A stretch of 64,000 nucleotides of DNA from the NCBI RefSeq assembly GCF_018350175.1, contig NC_058368.1, forward strand, positions 123,444,001 through 123,508,000, written 5' to 3'. The translations under genes and the position numbers were made by a program. Below are positions 1 through 13,147 of this stretch, one piece after another; the stretch's first letter is position 1; each line of letters starts with the position of its first letter. The notes under the pieces are model-generated. The model was not told the origin of the DNA. It did no database searches and saw only the letters and a list, made by a program, of their open reading frames with translations. The DNA is from Felis catus. Lineage: Eukaryota.

Positions 1-363
1 ACCTTCCTTGATCTCCTGAAAGAGTGCTGTTGGTTTTTCTAGCATACTATCTCCTATGCATTGAAAATTGCAGTGTTGATATAATTATAATTTGAGAATG
101 GTTTTAGTATAGACAGAACATGGAAACAATGATGACAGATCCCCCAGAAAACTAAGAAATGATGATATCACAACATATACAGAAAAAGACTCTGACAAAT
201 GAAGAAAAAAAGAAATGTCTAAGGGCCAAAATCTATCTATGTTCACAAACATCCAGGCTGGGAGTTGCCCAAACTCCTGTGCTGAATGTCTGATTAATGG
301 GCTTATAAGGATATTTATATATCATTCATATATGAAATCATATATGTTATAAAAGCATATATA

Positions 364-886
364 TTTCTTTCTGTCCCCGGTCACCTTAGTGAGAGGAGCT
401 GCCACCATGTCCCTCCACCTGCAATGGATGGTCGTGCGGAATTGATCCTGATCAAAAGGGACAAGCAGACATAAAGCACCAAGCCCAACAGGCTTGCAAC
501 TCTTTCCACTACAATGGCCTGGTTTACCACAAGACTGCAGGCATGGATCCAGAGGCCTACAGCAAAAATGTAATGATGGTGATGAAGCGGAGATCTGACC
601 AGTGAAAACCTACCACCTCCTACATGCATACCCACATCAACAAGAATGCCCTGGCCACCCTTAGCAGCATCAGGCACAGGATCCGCAAGAACATGGACCA
701 CCCAGGTCTGTTCATGGCTTCCATTTGCAGAGCCAGCGCCATCCTGCACAGCCAGAAGCCTATGATGGTGAAGAGGAATCAGGCCTGCCCCACCAAGAGC
801 TCCTGAGCACCTGCCCCCTACCTCCAAAGCAACAAAGATGTCAATCACTTAAAAAAAAAACAAGCAAACAAACAAAAAAAAAAAAC
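364..886 (+). pseudogene. RPL28: RPL28 (60S ribosomal protein L28) processed pseudogene
   Basis: GCCACCATG with ATG at 407 gives MSLHLQWMVVRN, then TGA at 443-445, small indels, and further stops TAA 472-474 and TGA 603-605. The C-terminal part reads [25 protein letters not shown] (stop 804-806), matching RPL28. Intronless, with a pyrimidine-rich 5' end and an A-rich tail at 851-886. Confidence 0.93.
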
Positions 887-3054
887 CTTAATAATCGTAA
901 AATTAAAAAACTGGCTTTGATTTTGGCCTTGACAAGAGATTAACTTCAGTTTTCAAAGTCCTTTTAATATAGCATGAACTTTTGGGACAATCCAACATGA
1001 AATATCAGGCCTGTACAAGCCTTTTATTTCTGGTTAATAACTGGCATGTTGGCTTATACAGAACCTCTTGTAGGCATAATGTTTATATTCTCAAAGACCA
1101 AGCTGTAGATCACTTGATGGGAGTTTCTGTACTTACAAAACACTGAACTAGAAAGAATCATAATGATTTTATCAAAGTAACATCACCCTATGGGGCCATG
1201 CCTGGGGTACAGTCAATCAGCATCCTCCTCCAAGGGAACCCTCTGTCGTCTCCCTCAAAGCAGTTATCATGGGCTAGGTTTACATGGTTCAGATTATAGC
1301 AGGTGTTCTATGAATTAACTTTTTTTTTTTAATTAATCATTAAAACTCAAGTTCCTGAGCCATGTCCTTCAACAGCCTAGACAAACGGAAACCAAAGAGG
1401 CTTGTTACTGTGAAAACCAAAAAAAAAAAAAAAAACAGACTGAGGTCTAAATTTTCTCAAACTTAAATGTACGCTTGAGTCAGGAGGCCAATTCTGGTTC
1501 AGGAAATCTGAGGTGGGGCTTGAATAGCTGCGTCTCTAACAAGCACCAGGTGATGGCAGCACTTTTAAGTCCAAGAACCTTGGTGTAGCAAGGTCAGAGA
1601 ATTGAAGTCCGGGTGTCATATGAAGTTTGGCTTTCTTATTAACTCAGCCAGAGAGCACCAAAGAAAAATTATCATAGTGAAGAGGTGATACGTGGTTTGT
1701 ATATTTTTTTGTTGTTTACTGGGTATTAGGTTTACAGGAGAATACTTTTCTACTGTATTCTTTATTATCAGGCAGCAAGAGTGGGAGCAAGTGGTTTATC
1801 AGTCTTTTGACAGGTTTTATATGCTTAAGCTGTGGGTTTGGCTCCAGAGGCAGAGCTACCAGCACCCTGAGCGACACCAAGAGTCAGGACCAGGTAGAAT
1901 GAGGCACCTTAATTTGAAATTTGCTGTGTGTCTTGGGGAAGAGTCCAAGGTGACTAAAGGAACCATGGATTTCAGGATATGCAGCTACCTCCATTTCCTG
2001 TCCACACCTACCCCTATAATTTTCAACAGTAAAGTTAAGCCTCCTGTAAGAGGCAACAGCCACAGGAAAAGTGAAGGTAAAAAAAAAAGAAGCAACTAGA
2101 TGATGCACCGAGGTAGAGGTGGGTTTGGAGGGTTTCCTTGTTCATTTTTGCCTTCTTGGTAGAATTGTCTTATTTAATTGTTAAATTCCTGATTTATTAT
2201 CAAGTTCAGTATTTTTCCATCTACAGGTTGCAGACCATTGGTGAACCCTGAAATCCTTCATTGTCAGGGGTCAGAGCCAGGCTGTTTTAAAACTGCCACA
2301 GGCATATCAAAGTTCAAAGGGGAAGGATCATTTAATCAGACTTCTCAGTTACATGCTTCTGAGTTAAATTATAAAGTGCATTTCTTACTGGGAGTCAGGA
2401 TCAAAAATTTGAAAAACACTGGACTATAGTGGGCTTTATGATAGAGGAGGGTTTTTTAAAGCCTTCACATTGTAGCTAATCTATTTATTTTTATTATGTT
2501 CACCTGGCATTGCCTTAATGCGATGAGGTCAAAGTAAGTAGCCACTTCAGTTATTTTTCTGCCCTTTCCACTATAAATATCTTGAACTCGTGTAGCAAGT
2601 TTAATCCATACACATAATATTAAACCCCTTCAGGTTATACATCATGTTAATAGAGCATGTTTAATCTACACTCTGAACTATTCCTGGATGGTATTTAACC
2701 CACTCCTCTACATTCACCCAGTTACTGGGAGCACTCACTCCCCAGCTTTCACCCTACAAGGGCACCATCTTCTGGTGAAAAATTTTGTCAGGAGAATGTT
2801 AAAGAGCTCTCGAAACAGTCCTGATCTTCCTAGCGAAGATTGCAATAGGCATCATAAATACATCGAAATTCTTTAGCACTCTGTTTTATCCAGGAGTCTC
2901 GTTCCGTTCCCCATCTGAGAAGGGTCTTTCTATTCCTTAGCAGTGAAAGGACCCCATCTGTCCTTCCTGGTTTTCCTGTAAACTGAGCTGGTTTCAAGTT
3001 TCAGCTCCTCCTTGAATTCCAGCCTGCTGAGACTTCCCTCTAGAATCATCCAAA

Positions 3055-3258
3055 ATGGAGCCTCTTACAGCTTACCCTTTAAGATGTTCGGGGCCGAAAG
3101 CAAAGGTATTTGCAGTTTTACTGTCTATGGTTCTATGCACAGTAATGTTATTTCTTCTACAACTAAAATTCCTAAAACCTAAAATCAACAGCTTTTATGC
3201 CTTTGAAGTGAAAGATGCAAAAGGAAGAACGGTTTCTCTGGAAAAGTTTAAAGGCAAA
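3055..3258 (+). CDS. GPX8: Glutathione peroxidase 8, coding exon 1 (68 codons, N-terminal TM anchor)
   Basis: [39 protein letters not shown]...SLEKFKGK; donor GTAAGT at 3259. Confidence 0.97.
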
Positions 3259-3833
3259 GTAAGTTGTATCTTCTGTTTTTTGTTGTTGTTTTTTTTTTCC
3301 TACTGCTTGTTGATTTCTCTGTTTAGTTTAATGGAATCAATTTTTCATTGATAAAGGGTCATAAGTTATAATTTAGTTTTCAAAGTAATGTAATTAGTAT
3401 ATCACTCTATCAGAGTTCTCATCGTGTATATATACAGTACTTCTAATTGAAAAGCTGATTATCCTGTTTTCAGAGGCATGCTAAATTAACACTGTAAGTT
3501 GTTTAGGAAATTTTTATAATTAGTAATGTGAATATGGAGACATTAAAAAATACTACCTCCATAAACTAGCAACATTAAAAAGCACTCTTATCAATGATCA
3601 TATTTTCTTTTATCTTAAACTGTTGTACCTGATGCTCTTTTAATGGTAGTGATTTTTCAGAGTCTTAACTCATGCATCCAGGTTATGATTTTCAACAAAA
3701 TTGGGTATGTCTAAAAATATAAAATAACCATCAACTTCAAAATGGTTTAGGATTTTAACTACTTGCAGAATATTTTCTTTAAATCTTTTTATTTGCTTCA
3801 CTTTCCGGTTGGATTTTTTTCTTTTTCCGGGAG

Positions 3834-4095
3834 GTTGCACTAGTTGTAAACGTGGCTAGTGACTGCCAACTCACAGACAGAAATTACTTAGCACTGCAGG
3901 AACTGCACAAAGAGTTTGGACCATTCCACTTCAGCGTCTTGGCTTTTCCGTGCAATCAGTTTGGAGAATCGGAGCCCCGCCCCAGCAAGGAAGTTGTATC
4001 TTTTGCAAGAAATAACTACGGCGTGACATTCCCCATCTTCCACAAGATTAAGATTCTAGGATCTGAAGCAGAACCTGCATTCAGATTTCTTGTTG
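3834..4095 (+). CDS. GPX8: GPX8 coding exon 2 (peroxidatic Cys79 and [11 protein letters not shown] motif)
   Basis: [18 protein letters not shown]...[11 protein letters not shown]...AFRFLV. Cys codon TGC at 3864-3866 (not selenocysteine). Acceptor GAG at 3831-3833, donor GT at 4096; 262 nt, keeps frame. Confidence 0.96.
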
Positions 4096-4929
4096 GTAAA
4101 TATCTACTTTGCCTCATCAAGTTAATGTTTTCAATTGCTTTTCATTTTTAAAACAAATGTACCAGGACCGTACTTTTTCTATTTCATGTGAAATGCTTTA
4201 AGTGGGAAAGTTTGGTAAAACCATCAGAAAGCCAGAATCTCATCCTTGGTGACTTTCTAGAAGTTATGCTTCTCTGAAATCAATGTTTTAACTTCTTGAA
4301 TGGCAAAATAAGTCGACTCCGGTGTATTCTTTTCCTTATGATCACTTTCCTGAAGAATTTACCTCAAATGTGGTCATGGCTATCTTCACAAAATACCTTA
4401 ATTCCTCTCTTATTTAACTGGCACTTGGGGAAACGTCCCTCCCCATTACCAACGCTATCCATGTCTCATGAATATTGCTGGGCATTATTAGACATATCTT
4501 TGTGATTAATTTTAAGTTCCCTTGTCTGAGATATTGTCTTCATGGATCAATAATATCTCTGTTTTTGCTAAAATTCAAAACAATATAAGAATTTTTTTTT
4601 TTTGAGGACGATAGTGTTACGTTGTCTCTAAAATTAGGCTAGCTACAGAAATCTGTTTAAAGATTTTCCTGGGTCAGTTAGCCTAACAGTAGTAAAGTAT
4701 AGTGACTAGGGAAATAGGTTTTAGCCGCAACCTACCTGGATTCAAGTCCCTGCTCTGTTAGTTTTGCTGTGTGGCTTCAGCTACATGACTTAACATCTCT
4801 GTGCCTTCTTCCTCACTTGTAAAATAAGATTATCAATATAAGATAATTTGGAGGATTAAGTGTGTTAATAGACATAAAGTATTCATATGTTTCTTACACT
4901 GTGCCTAACACTATTCTAAAGAGCATTTA

Positions 4930-5107
4930 GGGACGCCTGGGTGGCTCAGTAGGCTAAGCATCCAACTTCAGCTCAGGCTCTGTGCTGACAGCTGAGAGCC
5001 TGGAGCCTACTTTGGATTCTGTGTCTCCCTCTCTCTCTGCCCCTGTCCCCTTCATGCTCGCTCTCTCTCTCTCTCTCTCTCAAAAATGAATAAAGATTTT
5101 TAAAAAA
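4930..5107 (+). mobile_element. Can-SINE, internally deleted, in GPX8 intron 2
   Basis: GGGACGCCTGGGTGGCTCAG head, (CT)n and A-rich tail. Confidence 0.88.
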
Positions 5108-6987
5108 TTTTTTAAATCATAATAGATAAAAAACAAAGGACATTCAGTTAATGTCCTCTCATCTGACTTATACAGATGATACCCTCAGTCCCTATTCTCA
5201 CTGCAGATAATTTGAGTTTTGATAAAACAGTGACCTCAGTCAGGCAATCAAGCTTCCAGTCTAGTAAGCCACTTAATGATGTTCTACAAAATTTAAGTGT
5301 GAAATCAGAATCTTTTTAAAACATTAAATTTCTGGGGAAAATCAACATAATGTTCCACCTACCCTTGTGTAATCAAAAAAGTAAGTGATTTAAGGTTTCA
5401 GTGAAGTTAGATGAAGCTCCAGAGATGAAGACTATGAGATCATAGCCAAATGGAAATGAGTTTTTTAAAACTAGCCAAAATTGACAGTAACTGATCATGT
5501 GATCACAGTGCACATGTGTGCAGGTGTCACTAAACAGGGCATCTGGGCGGGGAGACAAATGCGGGCTGAAGCTCAGCCATAGCAAGGCATGTGCTGGGGG
5601 ACTCTACCGGCCTGGAAGAGTGCCTTTTCCTAACTCACGCAAAGATGTTTACGTCAGGTAGACAGAGCTCTGCCCTGGAGGGCATTATCTTTAGAGACAC
5701 ATTTTCCATTATAGAAAAGAGCAATTTTGCAAAATGATGTTAAGATGGCTTTTATGTAATAATAGGATGCTCACACGGAGTCCTTGATGTTTGCTCTAGT
5801 CAAAAATATTTTTCTCTAATAATGAAATAAATTGAAATGCTTGGCACAGTACTCCAAGTAAAACACATATGAGTAATCAGGCTACTTTTTATTTTCATTT
5901 CTTAATTTTAACCTATGCTCCCTCTCTGCTTCTTTCTCCCAGCCCAAAGCAAAGCATTCCACACCTTCAAAACTCTAGACAGTGTGTTCCTTCTACCAAT
6001 TTCATCGCTATTTCTGAAAGAATAGTTAATGCTTACAATTTCTGTCTCCCCGTCTCAATTACCTTCTTAGATGACTGTGTCTGGCTTCTTGCTCCATGAA
6101 TCTCTTGAACCTAGCAGGTACCAGTGACTGCCACTCTGGGCCCTTCTCTCTCTTCTTTTCAGGTTCCTCTTTTCCATCCACCCTTAACTGTGCTGATTCT
6201 CAGGATTGTGCCACGGCCCACTGGAGCTCTTCTTATTCTATCCCCTTTCCCTGACTGAGCTCTCTCTCCTAAGCCCCAAAGCCTTATATTCACCTGCCTC
6301 CTCTGACAGAATATCCCACATACACCTGAATCCCCTCCTGTAAAAAAATGAATTTGTCATCTTCCTCCTAAAATCTGCTTGGAGTAGGAAGGAGGAGTGG
6401 GAAGTATAGAGTAGAAGATCTAGATACCAGGGCTGGCTCTACTGCTCATTAGCCACAAGACCTCGAGTCTAAGACTCCATTTTTCTCATCTGCAAAATGG
6501 GGTTAATGATAATACCCATTTCACAGGGTTGCTGTAAAGATTCAACAAAAGGATCCATTTAAAGCAATGAGCATACATTCCTTGGCACAGAGCAGACACT
6601 AGATACATTTTAAGTAGTTGTTTATATTTTTTTCACATGTTAGTCAATAATGAACATCAATTCTGGATAATGTAAATGGAAAAAACATTACATTTCTTAC
6701 ATACATTAAGATGGTTCAAAAGGACCACATAATTTCTCAATATGATTTAATACTGTATGTTAACTAACTAGAATTAAAATAAAAACTTAGAAACAAAAAT
6801 AATGTGATTTAGAATTCCTTTCTGTTTTCCTCTACATAATATGTAACAATACTAAAAACATAGGTATATTTAATATGTAAAGAATTCCGTACAGGCCATT
6901 ACCAAGGACCATAGAGTATCATTTTATCTTTAAAAATGTTAAGAAACTGAAAGTTTTGAGCTAGTGACAAGGTAAATTTTTTGTTGC

Positions 6988-7022
6988 TGTTTTTTTTAGT
7001 TTTCTTAATGTGTATTATTTTT

Positions 7023-7072
<50 letters not shown>

Positions 7073-7241
7073 CAGAACATGAGCAGAGGAGGGGCAGAGA
7101 GAGGGAGACACAGAGTTTGAAGCAGGCTCCAGGCTCTGAGCTCTCAACACAAAGCCTGACGTGTGGCTCGAACTCATAACTGTGAGCTCATGACCTGAGC
7201 TGAAGTCAGACACTTAGCTGACTGAGCCACCCAGACGCCCC
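6988..7241 (-). mobile_element. Can-SINE in GPX8 intron 2
   Basis: Reverse-complement head CTGAGCCACCCAGACGCCCC, (GA)n tract. Confidence 0.9.
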
Positions 7242-7526
7242 AACTTTTTTGTTATTTAGATCAATAAATCCAGAATAAACCACTTTGTTTCATGATTCCG
7301 GACCAGTAGAATCATCAGTGAAGTCACCAAATGTACAGAAATATGGTTACTTGGAGCTTGAGTTTTGCCTTGTTTGGGTGTTTTATTTTTTGTTTTGTTT
7401 TGCTTTTGACATTATGACAATCTTAGAACTTGATTCTTAAGTTATCACTTACATAGATACTAACAGAAATGAAAATCTTGACAAAAAATAAAATTATGCT
7501 TATGAAAATATATTCTGGTACTTTAG

Positions 7527-7690
7527 ATTCTTCAAAGAAAGAACCAAGGTGGAATTTTTGGAAGTATCTGGTCAACCCTGAGGGTCAAGTTGTGAAAACC
7601 TGGAGGCCAGAGGAACCCATTGAAGTCATCAGGCCTGAGATAGCAGCTCTGATTAGACAAATGATCATAAAAAAGAAAGAGGACCTATGA
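7527..7690 (+). CDS. GPX8: GPX8 coding exon 3 (WNFWKYLV motif, C-terminal KEDL)
   Basis: Acceptor TTTAG ending at 7526; [20 protein letters not shown]...IIKKKEDL*. Total CDS 204+262+164=630 nt = 209 aa. Confidence 0.97.
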
Positions 7691-8122
7691 AAATGCCAGT
7701 GAGTCATTCAAATGCAGTAGTTGGAATAGAGAAATGTCAAGGCGAGGGGGGGTTTGGTCTCATTTTAAATACTCTGATAATTAAATACAGCACTGACGGA
7801 TTTTTTGTTTGTTTGTTTTTATGATACCTTGCCAGTGAGTGGTAATGAATAATGTCCCCAGGACAGAGATGTTACCCAAAACAAAAATAAAGAGTATCTA
7901 AAGAATCAAAATGAAATATACTAAGTATTTCATCAGATCGCACTAAATAGTTCAAAATACAGTCATCAATGTGCTTCAATATCCTGTTGTTCGACTTGAC
8001 ATTTTTCAGGATTGTACTTAATGGAAATGCCAATCCACTAGACCTCTGTTTGAATTCAAGACACTGTGTGTGACTGAATTTTCTGGATTAACTAACTGTA
8101 AATGGCTATTTTTATGTAAGAA

Positions 8123-8135
8123 AATAAAAAATAAA
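8123..8135 (+). terminator. Candidate GPX8 polyadenylation signals (two AATAAA)
   Basis: AATAAA at 8123-8128 and 8130-8135, followed by T/GT-rich sequence. Another AATAAA lies at 7886-7891. Confidence 0.5.
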
Positions 8136-11100
8136 CACTGAAAAAATGTTAAATATATAAAGAGATTCAAATCATTATGTACTTTTGTTTCAGGCACAGG
8201 AATTTTGTTTCTTTAGTTGTTTTTTTTTTTCTGTTTTTTTTTTTTTTTAAGTACAGGTTCATAGTATGCTTTACTGTATCTGCCCAAATAGTCATTTATA
8301 AATGACACTATCCTAACATTTGAAAAACCTTCTTCATTGTCAATATTTCTCTATTATTTTCCAGAAGAAACTCAAATTTTATAAATAGAATATTAATTGC
8401 TGAGTAAAAATCCAAAGAGTAAGAAAAAGGCTATGAGTATATGATTATTTAGCTCAATTCTTTATATATTAATAGTGGTTGCTAATTTATTCAGATTAGA
8501 TTAACCTTTTGGAAAGAATTCAGTGCTGCATCGTTCTGATGGCTAAAATAGTAAGAATCAACTCTAAATAGTTAAAGGTCTGAAGGTAAAAAAGGGAGGG
8601 ACTAATTACACCAGTCTTAAGCATCAGCAATCACTAAACCTTTTGACAGAGTCGCAACATGCTTTTTCTCCTCTCTCATAACCTTTATATTCTGTCCATC
8701 TTCTCATTATTGGCTGATAAAGCAGCTTGCCAAGTTGATGAAGGCTAATTATTGCCCCACTAAATATATATTCATTTGATGAAATGAATAGGAAGACTAG
8801 GGCTAAAGAAAAAAAAAAAAAAGTAAAAAGGCAGTTATGTAAAATTTGGCCAAGAAGGAAGACCCAATCTAAATAGCTGTGAGCTGGCCCCCATATACTG
8901 TCCTGATTAATGAAAGTAAAGATTTTTTTATGGTGAAGTCAGTAATGCCACCTCAGCATATAGTTCTTTGCAAGTGTTTAAAGTCCTTGGAGAAACCAAA
9001 AATATTTCCTGGAACACCTTCTGCTTTAAAGCATATATCCAGCCACACAGCTCTGATTGTATTTAGTAAGATATTTGGGGGCTGGGGGGAGGCACAGTTT
9101 CTCTTACAGGTCCAGAAGATTCACAAGGATAGCTTCAAGAATGCCAGGTTAGTGTGTCAGCAAACCTGCTTGTACCCCTCACCAGCTGTATGATGTTGGG
9201 CAAATCACAGGACTACTTTCAGATTTCCTCACCCATAAACTTAGGGAGGTCAGACTGAACAAAGAGCCCCTTCCAACCTTCCAAGTCAATGATCGTGCTT
9301 GACAAGGTGTCTTAGGTGATCAGGACTGGAATCAGTAATCTGAATTATTTTTGAAGAAATAAAAGCCACCTAACAAGCCTATGTGTCCTTTGCAATTTTG
9401 CCCCAAGAACATAGAAGCAGTTTGAATTCTGAGCCTAAGCAGTTTGAATTCTGAGCCTCTAAGCAAAATTTTGTTAAGGGCAAATTTTCCAAGTATTGTT
9501 CTCAGAGCATTCTTGCCATACACCCCATTTACAAGTGCCACAAGACTGCTGCTGTGGTGGGGAATGACCAGGACTGTCCCAGTGAATGCAGTTCAGATGT
9601 CCATCCTGCCCAAAGTCACTAGTTCTCTCCAAAGCCATATAAAGGGGGTTTTCACTTACATATCTCCAATCCTCCGTGTTTATTCAACCTATAGTCAGTG
9701 CTTGGTTCTCTCCCTTTCCCCTTTGGGTATGCAGGGAAGGCAGGTGGGGATTTGAAAGTGTGGCAAGTAGGTGTCCATTCAGGGTTCTGTAACAATTAGC
9801 CTCTGTGTACTAAAGAGGGTGTGAAGCCATTTGCTGATGTACTGCTCAACCCATAACTCCAGTGTCTTATATGAATTCCGCCAGGTACATATACGTAAAG
9901 AGAAAAAATTGCATCTTTCTTGAATTGAGCCTCTCTTCCCTGTCTCGGCATCAAAGAGCCTTGGACATAGACTGCCACTGTCTAAATTGAACAGTATAAC
10001 AGAAAAATAGCTGGCATCATGTAAAAAGGTACTCGTGGACAAAGGGACAAAATCAAATTCATTTCATTGTGGTCAGTAGTTCGTTGGCTTGAAGTTTGTT
10101 TTGGTGTATTTGGAAGGTGGAAAGGAGTACTTCCTTCTAACTCCTGATCTTCATCTCAGAGCAGACATAGCCGTGGTGCTGGGAGATTGGAATAAATAGG
10201 AATTTGCCTGAAATATACCATGAAACTCATACTTCATTTTCAAGAATGCTTAATAATTAGTATAATCTTAATAATGTATATATGTGCCTATATATAATTC
10301 CTAGTGATTGTAGTATATATAGCCTGCACACAGTGGTGGCTGGGAAGTAACAACCACCTCTCTGGAGGAGGGGTTCCAGTTTGCAGCATTTGCCAATTTC
10401 CATGGTATAAATGCTCCCACATGGCCAACTTCCATCTACCAATGCTTTAATAACTGGCATGCCAGATTTCTGAAAATTTAACACTTGGTTCGCACAAACG
10501 ACTTTACATTGGATCCAGAACACAAAAACTTTTAAAAATCAGACTTAATTAGGTTACATAAGGATCTCCAAAGAGCTCAATCTAGAGCAAAAACATGTAT
10601 TATTTATTTTTATAAATATACTGTTTTGGTGGCTTATGTGAAAATGTGAAACTACAATCCCTGAAATATGAAAAGCTGCTAACAATATGCTATATAATCA
10701 CAGTAAAATCTAATGATTTCACTGGATTGTCTGCAGGTAGTCTCAGGTAGGAAAATACTACTTGAAAAAAAAAATTGTAGACAAAGCCTAAGAAGAAAAA
10801 CAAAACCTGGATTTCTCTATATTTTCAACATATTAACTCTCTTTCAAGACTACCTTGCAGAAGCTAAGAAGTCTTGGTTGGTCCCTGTACAAAACATTAC
10901 ATTCATTCATAGTGTTTCTTTGGGGAAAAAAAGGATGTTTGGGCGTGGCTATAATGTGAACACTTTATCCATGTGTATTCCTCACCTTGATTTCATCTTT
11001 CCCACGGAATAATAAAATTATAGTAACTGTCACGCCTAAACATACCACACTCCTCCCCACTCTTCCTTCCTCTCGCTGAACTGGTAAGGCCATACCTTGC

Positions 11101-12376
11101 AGAGTGAAGCATTCTCTTTTTGGAGGAAAGGAATAGAGTGGCTTTAATGTCCCAATTGTGGGTCCCTGTCTTTCCCTCTGACTCCTATGGAGACATTCTT
11201 CATTTGAATATATATATTCATTCTCCTCCTTACCCACTGATCTCCTTAATTCATCTTTCATGCATTCCATTCTCTTCTCTCTTTCTCATCATCTCCTGAA
11301 TATGGAAGTGAAGAACAGCTTTAAATATGTATTGTTTATTGAGTATAAATGTTTGCATTTTATGTCTCATTCTTTAGTGTAAAAAAATTAAAACACAAAG
11401 GCCAAGCCTTCTAAATTAAGTAGGTTTTATTTTTATCAACAAGTCAGTGGCTTTCCATAAAAAATAACATGTTGAAATTTAGCCTTGTAAGAAAAATGAT
11501 GAAAACAGTATTTACACGGGAGGGATCCTTAAACACACACACAAAAATGCTGAAAATGAAATGGGCAACAATGAAAAGAGGATATGAAAGTAGCAAAATG
11601 CATTAAGAATCAAATTATAGGTATAAATCTCCCATGGTTGAAATGTTTAAACTTAAATAAGAATAAAAATTGTTAAATCAGTAATTTGTAATTCACTACA
11701 GTGGACTGTAATATATTTCTCACATCTCACTTAGAATATAACTAATTGACCAGACCACCTAAAGTCAGCTTCACGAACTTGCTGCAAATGCCCACATGAG
11801 GACACTGATGTCACTGTTTATCTGGGACCCAGCAAGTTCCTGAACACTGTTGCATGGGTCAAAATGGCCTCCAAAGGAATCAGAAAATATTTAAAAGCAT
11901 ATGGTACAGTTAGTTCTTCCCACTTCACAAGCTAAATATCATGCTCAAATATTTTATGAGTCTGTGACTTGACAGAAAATGAAGTGAAAATTTCAGGCAA
12001 ATCCTGCAAACAATTCAACCACATCCCCCAACCACACCCCAAAATTTCCACTTTTCTTGATATTTCAAGTGAAAATGTTTGATTGATTCATCTTCAAAGT
12101 TACCTCTCAATTCTCTCTTCAGCTGGTACATACACATGGTTACAGAGACCTGCTCTAATGGCATATTAAGAAGCTGATTATCTAGAAAGAATACTATAGA
12201 CTTAGTTGAAAACTGGGGGAAGGAGTTTAGGCTTTCCATTTCAAATTGTCATTGTATTCTAAATTTTATATTAAAAATAAATATTAAAAAACATAATTTC
12301 ACAAATACTTTCATACTGTGTACCCAGGACTCCAAAAATATTACCAGGAAAAAAATTTTAAGAATTAATTATATTG

Positions 12377-12589
12377 GGGGCACCTGGGTGGCTCAGTCAG
12401 TTGAGCATCCGACTTCAGCTCAGGTCATAATCTCACAGTTTGTGGGTTTGAGCCCCATGTCAAGCTCCGTACTGACGGCTCAGAGCCTAGAGACTGCTTC
12501 GGATTCTGTGTCTCCCTCCGTCTCTGTCCCTCCCACACTCGCATTCTGTCTCTCTCTCAAAAATAAATAAATATTTAAAAATTAAAAAA
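12377..12589 (+). mobile_element. Can-SINE adjacent to miR-449a
   Basis: GGGGCACCTGGGTGGCTCAG head; TSD AATTAATT(A/G)TATTG at 12363-12376 and 12590-12603. Confidence 0.92.
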
Positions 12590-12764
12590 AATTAATTGTA
12601 TTGATTTCTTCACCATTTGTAACACTGTCTATGGTGTTATAATTGAGTGACTGAAGAGCAATTACAAGTATTATGGTTACCAGTGCCCTGGTTCATAGCA
12701 AAAAGTATACATATGCACCAAACACACACACTAATTACAGAATCAATTATACTCTGATGTTCAT

Positions 12765-12855
12765 TGTATATGCAATAAGATAGCAGTTGCATGTTAGCTG
12801 ATGCCATTCACATCTTCAACCAGCTAACAATACACTGCCAACCCATCACACACAG
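12765..12855 (-). ncRNA. MIR449A: pre-miR-449a; mature 5p at 12819-12840
   Basis: Minus strand reads TGGCAGTGTATTGTTAGCTGGT, identical to recalled miR-449a, with a complementary arm ATCAGCTAACATGCAACTGCTA forming a hairpin. Confidence 0.97.
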
Positions 12856-12878
12856 GAAACCAGTGCAGCTTGTTAGCA

Positions 12879-12976
12879 AGAAGAATTTATCCAGAAGCAA
12901 GTGGCAGGGTAGTTGTGGCTGCCACATTGACCCAAAGCAGCCAGCTAACAATACACTGCCTACCTGACTCAGGTCA
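12879..12976 (-). ncRNA. MIR449B: pre-miR-449b; mature 5p at 12940-12961, 3p at 12900-12921
   Basis: Minus strand 5p AGGCAGTGTATTGTTAGCTGGC and 3p CAGCCACAACTACCCTGCCACT. Confidence 0.97.
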
Positions 12977-13147
12977 CTGCTGCTTTTCATGGCCCATGAA
13001 GTCACCGAAGCTACTGTATGCAATATGAAATACAGTAGCCGAACTGTAATCTTAATAGTCACAGAAAAGAAAACTCATAAATAAAACTTGTTACTCCAAA
13101 ATTATTATAAAAAAAGAAAAATACTATTTTTAAATCTCAGCAAAAAT

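Noticed and set aside
1689..1694. TACGTG hypoxia-response core upstream of GPX8
   Set aside because: A single hexamer about 1.4 kb upstream; cannot be distinguished from chance without conservation data.
3864..3866. Selenocysteine recoding in the GPX gene
   Set aside because: The active-site codon is TGC (Cys), consistent with the non-selenium GPX7/8 subgroup.
12388..12570. Recurrent MAQSV… ORFs, also at 13130, 23490, 32812 and 42182
   Set aside because: Translations of Can-SINE bodies, not genes; the tRNA-like heads are SINE-derived rather than tRNA genes.
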